Shown: positions 19,487 through 28,331 of the stretch, one piece after another
Layout of the letters: every line of letters starts with the position of its first letter
How positions within the stretch are numbered: the stretch's first letter is position 1
From: an uncultured Candidatus Saccharibacteria bacterium
GTDB taxonomy: Bacteria > Patescibacteriota > Minisyncoccia > Phycocordibacterales > CAIZLB01
Direction: 5' to 3'
NCBI GenBank assembly: GCA_964620475.1
Contig: CAZUJN010000001.1
Coordinates: 4,651 to 68,650 of the forward strand
DNA length: 64,000 nt
Notes under the pieces: generated by a model
What the model was told of the DNA's origin: nothing
Seen by the model: only the letters and a program-made list of their open reading frames with translations
Databases searched by the model: none
Program-made: the position numbers and the translations under genes

Positions 19487-20584
19487 ATGGTGGTAAATAA
19501 TTTTTTAAAAGTCTTTTTTATATCTCTTTGTTTTACAATATCTTTACCTGTATTTGCCGACACTTACGGGGAGGGTTTATATGGATCAGGTAGATATTCT
19601 GGAGACAATTCGACAACAACAGTACCGAATGCACCAACATCTGTTATTGCTACCGCTGGGAATTCTCAAGCAAGTATATCTTTTACACCACCAGCAAATA
19701 ATGGAGGGGCAGCTATAACATCTTACATCGTTACATCTTCACCTGGTAACACAACTGCAACAGGTCTAACCTCACCCATTATTGTCACAGGACTTACAAA
19801 TGGCACATCTTATACTTTTACAATAGTAGCAATAAACTCTGTAGGAACATCGTCACCTTCAGCTGCATCAAACAGCATCATACCCATTGTTCCATCCAAC
19901 ACACAGTCAAATAATTCAAGTTACGGTGGTGGCGGTAGTACATCTGGATCATCTTACAATGTTGCAACAAACGCTCCAACAACACCAGTAGTAGTTGATC
20001 AAACCGTTAATCAGGTGACACAAAACACACAAAACAATTTATCTATTTTTAATTCAAACCTAACATTTGGTGCAATAAGTACCGAGATTCAAAACCTACA
20101 AAAGTTTTTGAATAAAAACGGATTCACAATATCATCATCAGGACCTGGATCTATTGGAAATGAAACAAATAAATTTGGACCTGCAACAAAAGCAGCATTA
20201 ATAAAGTTCCAAATAGCTAATAAGATATCACCTGCAATTGGATATTTTGGACCTATTACACGAGCATTAGTAAATTCTATATTGGAATTGGATTTAAACC
20301 TTAAAAAACCAACAGATACACAGAGTACAACAGCACCTTTATATACAAGAGATTTGGATTTAAACACATTAGGTGATGATGTTAAAGCATTACAACAGTT
20401 TCTAAATAAAGAAGGTTTTCTTGTATCAATATCAGGACCTGGATCTATTGGAAATGAAACAAATAAATTTGGACCTGCAACAAAAGCAGCATTAATAAAG
20501 TTCCAAATAGCTAATAAGATATCACCTGCAATTGGATATTTTGGACCTATCACTAGATCTGTTGTAATAAATAAATCAAAATAA
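19487..20584 (+). CDS. Secreted fibronectin type III plus two peptidoglycan-binding domains
   Basis: Signal peptide (VFA|D); FN3 motif VTGLTNGTSYTFTIVAINSVG; two LQ.FLN...FGPATKAALIKFQ...GYFGPITR repeats. Confidence 0.85.
   Translation: MVVNNFLKVFFISLCFTISLPVFADTYGEGLYGSGRYSGDNSTTTVPNAPTSVIATAGNSQASISFTPPANNGGAAITSYIVTSSPGNTTATGLTSPIIVTGLTNGTSYTFTIVAINSVGTSSPSAASNSIIPIVPSNTQSNNSSYGGGGSTSGSSYNVATNAPTTPVVVDQTVNQVTQNTQNNLSIFNSNLTFGAISTEIQNLQKFLNKNGFTISSSGPGSIGNETNKFGPATKAALIKFQIANKISPAIGYFGPITRALVNSILELDLNLKKPTDTQSTTAPLYTRDLDLNTLGDDVKALQQFLNKEGFLVSISGPGSIGNETNKFGPATKAALIKFQIANKISPAIGYFGPITRSVVINKSK
20137..20550 (+). repeat. 120-bp direct repeat (20137-20256 = 20431-20550)
   Basis: Identical by eye; encodes the core of the two peptidoglycan-binding domains. 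Confidence 0.9.
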
Positions 20585-20602
20585 TCGTATATAATACTAC
20601 AT

Positions 20603-20998
20603 ATGTATAAAAAAATAATCATCACGATATTATCAATCGCAGTAATAATAGGATTAATATTATTTATAAATAAAAACAATCAAAACAAACAACCAGATAT
20701 AACAGAGGTTCCAAGTAGAAACGATACGGCTCTCATACCAGAATCAGAAGCTTCAACAACAAAAAGTTATACATTGGCTGAAGTTGGTGCGCATAATACA
20801 TCAACTGATTGTTGGATGGTTATAGAGGGTAAAGTTATAGACGCAACGGGTTTTATAGCATCAGGACAACACCCAAACAACAAGATAGTAAACGGTTGTG
20901 GTAAAGACGCAACAGAGATGTTCAACAATGTTAAAAAACACAGCGGACCACAAGCTAAAGAAATAATGATGAGATCACAAATAGGTGTGCTAGAATAA
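20603..20998 (+). CDS. Membrane-anchored cytochrome b5-like heme-binding protein
   Basis: YTLAEV..HN...DCWMVIEGKV.D, HP, CGKDAT..F...H. Confidence 0.88.
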   Translation: MYKKIIITILSIAVIIGLILFINKNNQNKQPDITEVPSRNDTALIPESEASTTKSYTLAEVGAHNTSTDCWMVIEGKVIDATGFIASGQHPNNKIVNGCGKDATEMFNNVKKHSGPQAKEIMMRSQIGVLE

Positions 20999-21002
20999 TC
21001 TC

Positions 21003-22175
21003 ATGGAAAATTTATTTTATGAAATAGGACAAACCTGCGGAATGATAGGTTTTGTTCTTCTGACATTATTAATATTCTCAGGTGATACAGCTCGTTTTTG
21101 GAATAGATATATAGGATTAGATAAGATTATAAAATTTCAAAGAAAATTCTCTTATTTTGTAATGTTCTTTGTCTTTTTTCATCCAATATTCTTTATGTTG
21201 TCAACCGGAACATACAAAGGTTTTATAGTTCCTGACTTTGCATATCTGCCACTTGCTATAGGTATTATTGCTTTCTATATATTAGTAGGTGTAATGATAG
21301 CATCTGCATTATATAAACGTATCTCATATAGAGTTTGGCAATATATACATGTCGTAACTTATATATTATTCTTCTTTGCATTATTCCATGCGGTACTTTG
21401 GGGATCAGAAACTGCCGAAAATATGCCTATATACATATTGGCCACATTACTTGTGACAGTAGGTATTGTATATAGAACAAGATATAAAATTATAGCAGCT
21501 AGAACAACAAGGTTTTTTGTGAAAGATGTAAAAATGGAAACAGCCGACACTTTCACTGTTACCATTAAAGGTAATAAGGAATTTCAGGCCGGACAATTTT
21601 GTTTTCTAAGACTTAATAAAAACAAACTTTATGCAAGACATCCTTTTACCATATCCTCTGCTCCAGGTGATGATTTTGCATTTACTATCAAGCTCGCTGG
21701 AAGATTTACACAAACAGCTAAAGAATTAAAAGAAGGTGATGAAATATTTATAGACGGACCTTTTGGAAAATTCATACCACAGCCTAACAAAAATCTAGTA
21801 TTTATAGCTGGTGGGGTTGGTATAACACCTTTTATGAGTATACTTCGTGATCATATAAAAAGAGGTGTGTCACAAAACATAACTTTGATATATGGATCGA
21901 GATCACAAGCGGATATCATTTTCAAAGATGAAATAGAATCGATCAATCAGCCTTGGTTTAAAAAAGTTTACATGTTAAATGATATAAGTAATATGACAAT
22001 ACAATGTGAACAAGGTTATATATCACAAGATATAATCAAAAAATATGTAACTAATCCAAATGATTCACTATACTATATATGTGGCCCAGAAAGAATGAAA
22101 GATACAGCTAAAAAAGTTTTAAAAGACATGGGTGTTAAGTGGAGAAATGTTTTCGTCGAGGATTTCTTCTGGTAG
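21003..22175 (+). CDS. Ferric reductase-like TM domain plus FAD/NAD-binding oxidoreductase
   Basis: TM region with His residues; HPFTISS, DGPFG, IAGGVGITPF, YICGP. Confidence 0.88.
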   Translation: MENLFYEIGQTCGMIGFVLLTLLIFSGDTARFWNRYIGLDKIIKFQRKFSYFVMFFVFFHPIFFMLSTGTYKGFIVPDFAYLPLAIGIIAFYILVGVMIASALYKRISYRVWQYIHVVTYILFFFALFHAVLWGSETAENMPIYILATLLVTVGIVYRTRYKIIAARTTRFFVKDVKMETADTFTVTIKGNKEFQAGQFCFLRLNKNKLYARHPFTISSAPGDDFAFTIKLAGRFTQTAKELKEGDEIFIDGPFGKFIPQPNKNLVFIAGGVGITPFMSILRDHIKRGVSQNITLIYGSRSQADIIFKDEIESINQPWFKKVYMLNDISNMTIQCEQGYISQDIIKKYVTNPNDSLYYICGPERMKDTAKKVLKDMGVKWRNVFVEDFFW

Positions 22176-22185
22176 AATGAATGGC

Positions 22186-22272
22186 GGAAAAGTGCTAGAG
22201 AGGTTGAATAGGTCGCTCTCGAAAAGCGATATGGAGGAAACTCCATCGAGGGTTCGAATCCCTCCTTTTCCG
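22186..22272 (+). tRNA. tRNA-Ser(CGA)
   Basis: GGAAAAG/CTTTTCC acceptor, TCGCT-CTCGAAA-AGCGA anticodon arm, long variable arm; CCA not encoded. Confidence 0.95.
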
Positions 22273-22273
22273 C

Positions 22274-22416
22274 TATTTTTACAAAAATCTAGAATCAAAA
22301 AATCCGTAGGATTTTTGGGATTCGAAAAGGTTTTATGTATTTTCGAGAATTTGAAAAATTTAAGAAAATATAAAACCTATACTGACCTCGTAGAGGTCGA
22401 ATCCCTCCTTTTCCGC
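22274..22416 (+). repeat. Palindromic element ending in a 20-bp duplicate of the tRNA 3' end
   Basis: TCGAATCCCTCCTTTTCCGC at 22254-22273 and 22397-22416, with nested inverted repeats between. Confidence 0.8.
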
Positions 22417-22475
22417 AGTATAAATAAAATGTTAAAATATACATATAATTATAAAAACTAAATTTAAATAAAATT

Positions 22476-22910
22476 ATGTTAACAACAATAATATTATTAT
22501 CATTATTAGGCTCAGTTATAGCATCAGCAATAGGTACGTTTTGGTATTCACCTATTACACCTATGGGCAAATGGCATATGTCTTATATAGGTTTTGACAA
22601 ACTTTCAAAAGAAGAGCAAGAGAAAAAAATAAAAGAAGTTAAACCACATATGTGGAAAAGTTATCTTGGTCAATTTATACTTTCTTTCTTTACATCCATG
22701 TTTATAATTTTCGTTACATTACAAACATACAAAGCTGCATATGTATTTGTAACAATGATATGGATTGCATTTATAATTCCAAATATAGGTTCAGCATTGA
22801 TTTGGGGAAAATGTGACAAAAAATTGGTTTGGAAAAAATTCTTTTCTGACTCATTAAATAACTTAGTGACATATTTATTGATTGTGTTCATGACCACATT
22901 GTTTATGTAA
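22476..22910 (+). CDS. DUF1761-like membrane protein
   Basis: G.FWYSP...GK.W-type motif; four TM helices. Confidence 0.7.
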   Translation: MLTTIILLSLLGSVIASAIGTFWYSPITPMGKWHMSYIGFDKLSKEEQEKKIKEVKPHMWKSYLGQFILSFFTSMFIIFVTLQTYKAAYVFVTMIWIAFIIPNIGSALIWGKCDKKLVWKKFFSDSLNNLVTYLLIVFMTTLFM

Positions 22911-22930
22911 AATAAAAAGGACCGCCTCCC

Positions 22931-23503
22931 CTATGATGGGGTGGCGGTTTTTTTCTTGCCGTATCGAGGAACAAGATTGCCGACTTGTGTTGAGATAAAA
23001 TTTTCAGTAACTTCATCATGTTTGGCTAATTGAAATTCCATCTTAACTCCAAGAGTAAGAACTTTAGGAAAGAAATACACGCGAGCTCTTCCACGCAAAA
23101 TCGCAGATTGATTGTCGAACTCAGGTATCTCCCTAAGTCGACTCATGATTTCTTTTACAGAAGATTTGTTTATACCCTGTATCTTATGCATGGCGGTCTC
23201 CGACAATATAGCCAACTGCCACAGACTATGAAAACCTGCAGACTGAAGAGTTTTGTTAACCCGTGAAGGGAAATTAAACCACAACAAAGAATCGAACAAA
23301 TGATCATCCAGAGTGGACAGACTCATTGCCTTGTCCAAGGTTGTACGCTTACCTTTTTTGGTTACACTGAATTCAACCTTGGCATCGCCGGTAGCGTCAG
23401 TCTTTATCCTTTTGATAGCAAGCTCATATCCAGGATTTAGATCTCCGGCAAGATAAACCGCGATCAGATTATTAAACACATGGTTTGGAATTGTTCTTTT
23501 CAT
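22931..23503 (-). CDS. Hypothetical protein with RNA polymerase alpha-CTD-like domain
   Basis: FPSRVNKTLQSAGFHSLWQL...SE..MHKIQGINKSSVKEI; ATG 23503 avoids overlap with the upstream gene. Confidence 0.55.
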   Translation of the reverse strand: MKRTIPNHVFNNLIAVYLAGDLNPGYELAIKRIKTDATGDAKVEFSVTKKGKRTTLDKAMSLSTLDDHLFDSLLWFNFPSRVNKTLQSAGFHSLWQLAILSETAMHKIQGINKSSVKEIMSRLREIPEFDNQSAILRGRARVYFFPKVLTLGVKMEFQLAKHDEVTENFISTQVGNLVPRYGKKKTATPS

Positions 23504-23558
23504 ATAAGGGTGTGAATGTGCTACACATAAAAATACCACACCCTCACACAAAATCAAC

Positions 23559-24725
23559 CTACACCTTAACACTCATAGCCACTTTCTTCATCACCCTTTT
23601 ATCAAAAGGTTTTGGTATAACGTAGTCTGCTTTTAATTCTTTTTTATTTATCAAACTTGCCAATGCATAAGCTGCCTTTATTTTCATATCATCAGTTATA
23701 CTTTTTACACCAGCATCAAGTGCGCCACGAAATATTCCAGGAAATACAAGCACGTTATTAATCTGATTTGGATAATCAGATCTACCTGTGGCAAATATTT
23801 TTATGTCTGCTTTTTTTGCATTTTCAAAACTTATTTCTGGATTTGGATTAGCCATAGCAAATACTATTCTATTTTCATTCATGGTTTTAACCCATTCTAC
23901 TTTCAAGACATCAGCCTTTGACACACCTATAAACACATCAGCGTTCTTCAAAGCATTTTCTAATCCTCCTTTTATATTTTCTTTATTTGTTATTTCAGCT
24001 AATTCTAATTTATATTTATTTAAATCAGTTCTATCTTTATTCAAAGTATCCACAGAATCTAAGACAATCATCTTATTTGGATTCACTCCAGCTTTTATTA
24101 AAAGTTTTGCTATAGCTAATGCTGCCGCCCCTGCCCCGTTTATAACTATTTTTATATTTTTCAAATCTTTCTTAACCAACTTGAGCGAGTTTATAAGCCC
24201 AGCTAAAACTACTATAGCTGTTCCATGCTGATCATCATGAAATACTGGTATATCGAGTTCTTTCTTTAATCTCTCTTCTATCTCAAAACATCTTGGAGCA
24301 GATATATCTTCTAGATTTATACCACCGAAGACCGGAGCTATGTTTTTTATAGTTTTAATTATTTCTTCTGTATCTTGTGTATTTAAACATATTGGAAATG
24401 CATCTATGTTTGCAAAATTTTTAAACAAAACAGCTTTACCTTCCATAACCGGTATAGCAGCTTCTGGACCAATATTTCCAAGTCCGAGCACCGCTGAACC
24501 GTCCGAGATCACCGCAACAGTGTTAGCTTTTATGGTATGAGTATATACAGACTTTTTATCTTGATGTATAAGACGACATACTTCTGCAACACCTGGAGTA
24601 TATGCTACCGATAAATCTTCTTTGTTTTTAGTCTTTACTTTTGAGACAACCTCAAGTTTACCTTTATGTTTTTTGTGTAGACCTAGGGATAATTTTTTGT
24701 AGTTTTTTGAAGATTTTGTGGGCAT
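23559..24725 (-). CDS. NAD(P)-dependent malic enzyme
   Basis: AYTPGVA, DGSAVLGLGNIG, FHDDQHGTA, MANPNPE, ATGRSDYPNQINN. Confidence 0.95.
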   Translation of the reverse strand: MPTKSSKNYKKLSLGLHKKHKGKLEVVSKVKTKNKEDLSVAYTPGVAEVCRLIHQDKKSVYTHTIKANTVAVISDGSAVLGLGNIGPEAAIPVMEGKAVLFKNFANIDAFPICLNTQDTEEIIKTIKNIAPVFGGINLEDISAPRCFEIEERLKKELDIPVFHDDQHGTAIVVLAGLINSLKLVKKDLKNIKIVINGAGAAALAIAKLLIKAGVNPNKMIVLDSVDTLNKDRTDLNKYKLELAEITNKENIKGGLENALKNADVFIGVSKADVLKVEWVKTMNENRIVFAMANPNPEISFENAKKADIKIFATGRSDYPNQINNVLVFPGIFRGALDAGVKSITDDMKIKAAYALASLINKKELKADYVIPKPFDKRVMKKVAMSVKV

Positions 24726-24733
24726 GGGTTTGA

Positions 24734-25456
24734 TTATAGCATATTCATACCTGTTGATTTCCTCAACCTCTCCATCGCATAACTATATGTTACTCTATGC
24801 ATCTTTTCTTTATTTTCTCTTATAAAACTTATGAGATCTAGCTCACTACATCTTTTACCAGATTCTCTAAGCATCCATCCTATCGCCTTATGTATAAGAT
24901 GATGTTCATCTTTAAAAAGTTTTTTGGAAATGTAAAATATCTCTTCGTTAGAATGATTTTTAATCTGATAAAATGAACTCACAACAATAACCCTTCTCAT
25001 CCACATATCTTTGTGATCAATACAACTATCTGTAAAATCTTTTAATTCTTTTTTATTCATATGATTATAAATATAATCCCCTGCTATATGATAAGCAGAA
25101 GTATCGACAAGATCCCAATTATTTATTCCCTTACCAAAACCAACATTGTCAATATATATATCAAATATTTTCTTTTTATCTTTTGAATTTTTATATAAAT
25201 GATGTAAGAAAAATAAAGCAATTAACCTTTCTTCATGATATTTACTTTTTAAAAGTTGTTGTACCTCTTTTAGGGTTATACCGTTTTTATATTTGGCAAA
25301 TATTTTCCTGGTGTCTGGTACTGTTACACCCATAAATATATCACCTTCCCCATAACCACCTTTATGTGTTTGGAAAAATGACTGACAGACGTCTCGTCGA
25401 GGTTTGGTTGAGAGTTTTTTTAAGTCTTTGGAGATGAGTTGAACTGTATTTTTCAT
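24734..25456 (-). CDS. AlkD-like DNA alkylation repair protein
   Basis: GYGEGD.F.GV.VP, NNWDLVD, KAIGWMLRE. Confidence 0.88.
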   Translation of the reverse strand: MKNTVQLISKDLKKLSTKPRRDVCQSFFQTHKGGYGEGDIFMGVTVPDTRKIFAKYKNGITLKEVQQLLKSKYHEERLIALFFLHHLYKNSKDKKKIFDIYIDNVGFGKGINNWDLVDTSAYHIAGDYIYNHMNKKELKDFTDSCIDHKDMWMRRVIVVSSFYQIKNHSNEEIFYISKKLFKDEHHLIHKAIGWMLRESGKRCSELDLISFIRENKEKMHRVTYSYAMERLRKSTGMNML

Positions 25457-25507
25457 GATCTATTTATAACATAAAAACCTCAAACCCATCATGCTATAAT
25501 ATACCCA

Positions 25508-27775
25508 ATGCTTCAAAAACCCCTTACAGACATTATCAAAAACATAAGTACAGCTCATAAAATAGCCTTGTCTAGACTGGGCATAAAAACTGTATCTGAT
25601 ATTCTATACCACTTCCCAACTCGCTATGGCGATGCTTTTAAAGCCACATACATCAAAGATATTATTCCGGACACAAACGTGGTTCTATATGGTGAGATCT
25701 ACAACATAGATTCTCAAAAGAGTTTTAAGACAAAAGTTTTAATGGTAAATGCAACACTTCGCGATGATACTGGTTCCATAAAACTAACTTGGTTCAATCA
25801 GATATATATAAGTAAAATGTTTAAGGACGGAGATATTGTAAAAATATCAGGCATAGCCAAAGAACAAGGTAAACAAAAAGTTATAGTAAACCCTCTCATA
25901 GAAAAAACCAAAGCAGACCCCATAGCACAAGGTACAAATCTTTTTGGTCAAAAAGAAGAAATATTATTTCAACCAATATATAAAGAAACAAAAAGTATTA
26001 CTTCAAAATATATTCATTCATTAATACAAAAAATATTTACACATCCTGATTTTAAAGACATAAAAGATAATATTCCAGAATCAGTCTTGAAAAAATATTC
26101 TCTACCAAACCTACATGATGCTTTGATCTATATACATACACCAAAAAAAGATCAACATGTTGAAGCAGCTAAAAAAAGATTTGCCTTTGAAGAAGTATTT
26201 TATATACAACTTCAAAATGCAAAAAGAAAAAAAGAAGCTTCCGAAGCCTTATCATATTCTTTTGTTGGTTTAGAAAATGCTTTAAAAGATTTTAAATCAC
26301 ATATACCCTTCACTCTTACTGATTCACAAGAAAATGCCATAAATTCTATATTGAATGATTTTAAAAGAACTCATCCTATGAGTAGACTTGTTGAGGGTGA
26401 TGTAGGTTCTGGTAAAACCGCAATAGCTGCTGCTGCGGCCTATGCTATAGTTGCCTCACGTGTAAACAGTATGAGATCACAGGATCAAAAGAACTCTCGT
26501 TTACAAGTTGCATATATGGCACCTACCGAGATACTCGCCAAACAACATTATGAATCATTTACACAGATGTTTGCCAAATTACCTATAAATATAGGACTAT
26601 TAACAGGATCAGGTTGTAAAAAATTCCCCTCAAAATCTTCTCTATTAACACAAAAACAAGGCACCGATATATCTAAGACTCAACTTTTAAAATGGATAGC
26701 ATCGGGCGATATATCTATAGTCATAGGTACTCATGCACTTATACAAAAGTCTGTAGTATTTCGTGATCTCGCTTTTGTTATCATCGATGAGCAACATCGC
26801 TTCGGTACAAAACAAAGACAAAAACTTGCAAACAAACATATAGCTGACGAAGAGATAAAAAGTAAACTTAAGAAAAAAGACACTTTGAGAATAAATAAAA
26901 AAGCATATATAGATAATAAACTCGATGAACCTAAAGAGAAAATAATACAAACACCACATCTTTTATCGATGACCGCCACTCCTATTCCCCGCACCCTGGC
27001 TTTAACACTTTATGGTGACCTTGATCTATCTGTTGTTGATCAAATGCCATCAGGCCGTAAACCAATAATCACAGAAATAATTTCCGAAGATAAAAGAAAT
27101 GAAATGTATGAAAAAGTTCATAAAGAACTTGAAGCAGGTAGACAAGCTTATGTTATCTGTGCTCGTATAGAAGACCCTGATCCAGATCTTATGAGTAAGT
27201 TAAATATCAAATCAGTCAAAGAAGAGGCCGATAGATTATCTCGTGAACATTTTAAAAAATATAAAATTGCTACACTTCATGGAAAAATGAAAACTGCAGA
27301 GAAAGATAAAGTGATGAAAGATTTTCTTGATAAGAAAATAGATATACTTGTAGCCACTTCTGTTATAGAGGTTGGTGTGAATGTTCCAAATTCAACAACT
27401 ATCATTATAGAAGGAGCAGATAGATTTGGACTCTCACAAATACATCAGTTACGTGGTCGTGTTATCAGAGGTACACATCAAGCTTATTGTTATTTATGTA
27501 CCAACAACGCCAGTGAAAAAACCATGGACAGATTAAAGGCTTTGAAAAATGCTAAAAACGGATTTGAGTTGGCGGAACTTGATCTGAAACTACGTGGTGC
27601 TGGAGAGTTATATGGTGATAAACAATGGGGTTTAAGTGATATAGGTATGGAAGCCATAAAGAATATAAAGATGGTTGAAGCAGCCAGAGAAACCGCAAAG
27701 GAGTTAGTTGATGAAGGATTGACACCTGAGTTGACAAAACTACTGGAGGAAAATGAAAAGGTTCATATGGAGTAA
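25508..27775 (+). CDS. recG: ATP-dependent DNA helicase RecG
   Basis: GDVGSGKT, APTEILAKQH, DEQHRFG, TATPIPRTL, HQLRGRV. Confidence 0.97.
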   Translation: MLQKPLTDIIKNISTAHKIALSRLGIKTVSDILYHFPTRYGDAFKATYIKDIIPDTNVVLYGEIYNIDSQKSFKTKVLMVNATLRDDTGSIKLTWFNQIYISKMFKDGDIVKISGIAKEQGKQKVIVNPLIEKTKADPIAQGTNLFGQKEEILFQPIYKETKSITSKYIHSLIQKIFTHPDFKDIKDNIPESVLKKYSLPNLHDALIYIHTPKKDQHVEAAKKRFAFEEVFYIQLQNAKRKKEASEALSYSFVGLENALKDFKSHIPFTLTDSQENAINSILNDFKRTHPMSRLVEGDVGSGKTAIAAAAAYAIVASRVNSMRSQDQKNSRLQVAYMAPTEILAKQHYESFTQMFAKLPINIGLLTGSGCKKFPSKSSLLTQKQGTDISKTQLLKWIASGDISIVIGTHALIQKSVVFRDLAFVIIDEQHRFGTKQRQKLANKHIADEEIKSKLKKKDTLRINKKAYIDNKLDEPKEKIIQTPHLLSMTATPIPRTLALTLYGDLDLSVVDQMPSGRKPIITEIISEDKRNEMYEKVHKELEAGRQAYVICARIEDPDPDLMSKLNIKSVKEEADRLSREHFKKYKIATLHGKMKTAEKDKVMKDFLDKKIDILVATSVIEVGVNVPNSTTIIIEGADRFGLSQIHQLRGRVIRGTHQAYCYLCTNNASEKTMDRLKALKNAKNGFELAELDLKLRGAGELYGDKQWGLSDIGMEAIKNIKMVEAARETAKELVDEGLTPELTKLLEENEKVHME

Positions 27776-27777
27776 TA

Positions 27778-27802
27778 AAAAACACCCTCATCGGGTGTTT
27801 TT
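27778..27802. terminator. Bidirectional terminator (recG / tRNA-Ile)
   Basis: AAAAACACCC-tcatc-GGGTGTTTTT. Confidence 0.75.
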
Positions 27803-27805
27803 CTT

Positions 27806-27881
27806 TGGTGCAAGCACTAGGATTCGAACCTAGGACCGGTCGTGTATAAGACGACTGCTCTACCAACTGAGCTATGCTTGC
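27806..27881 (-). tRNA. tRNA-Ile(TAT)
   Basis: 76 nt; GCAAGCA/TGCTTGC acceptor, GTCGT-CTTATAC-ACGAC anticodon arm, A discriminator, CCA. Confidence 0.92.
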
Positions 27882-27921
27882 GATGCTATATAATATAGCA
27901 CTTTTTAGATTTTCTGCAATA

Positions 27922-28317
27922 TTACTCTTCCTCCCTGTTTATATATAACAATATAGGCAATTTCTTGGAAGGTGAATAAAAACCTATTTCACCTCTTCGG
28001 CAGGCTTTATCAAACCAAACATTAAACTCACCCTTACCTTCGGCACCTTTCAATTTAAAATATTCCTTAAAAGTTTTTTCAAATATCGGTAATGGCACAA
28101 CAACCTTTTCTAATGCTTCAGACATAACACCTGTTCTTTTTATGGCTAGTTTGAAAAATTCATCATAACTTGGTTTTTCTTTATCTTTAAAAGACAAACC
28201 CATAACTTCTAACATATCGGCAGGTTTCTCTATTTTCATCTTTTTAGGTGTTTCTGTTTCTGATTCAGATTCGTAATTTCCACCAGGCAATTGACTAAGA
28301 TCTTTGTATTCTTCCAT
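27922..28317 (-). CDS. Hypothetical protein
   Basis: 131-aa ORF directly downstream of ftsH. Confidence 0.6.
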   Translation of the reverse strand: MEEYKDLSQLPGGNYESESETETPKKMKIEKPADMLEVMGLSFKDKEKPSYDEFFKLAIKRTGVMSEALEKVVVPLPIFEKTFKEYFKLKGAEGKGEFNVWFDKACRRGEIGFYSPSKKLPILLYINREEE

Positions 28318-28331
28318 ATATTTATATGATA

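Noticed and set aside
19487-19560. VNNFLK as a Tat signal in the FN3 protein
   Set aside because: FLK is present but both arginines are missing; it reads as an ordinary Sec signal peptide.
22132-22570. ORFs 22132-22461+ and 22295-22570-
   Set aside because: They overlap tRNA-Ser and the palindromic element.
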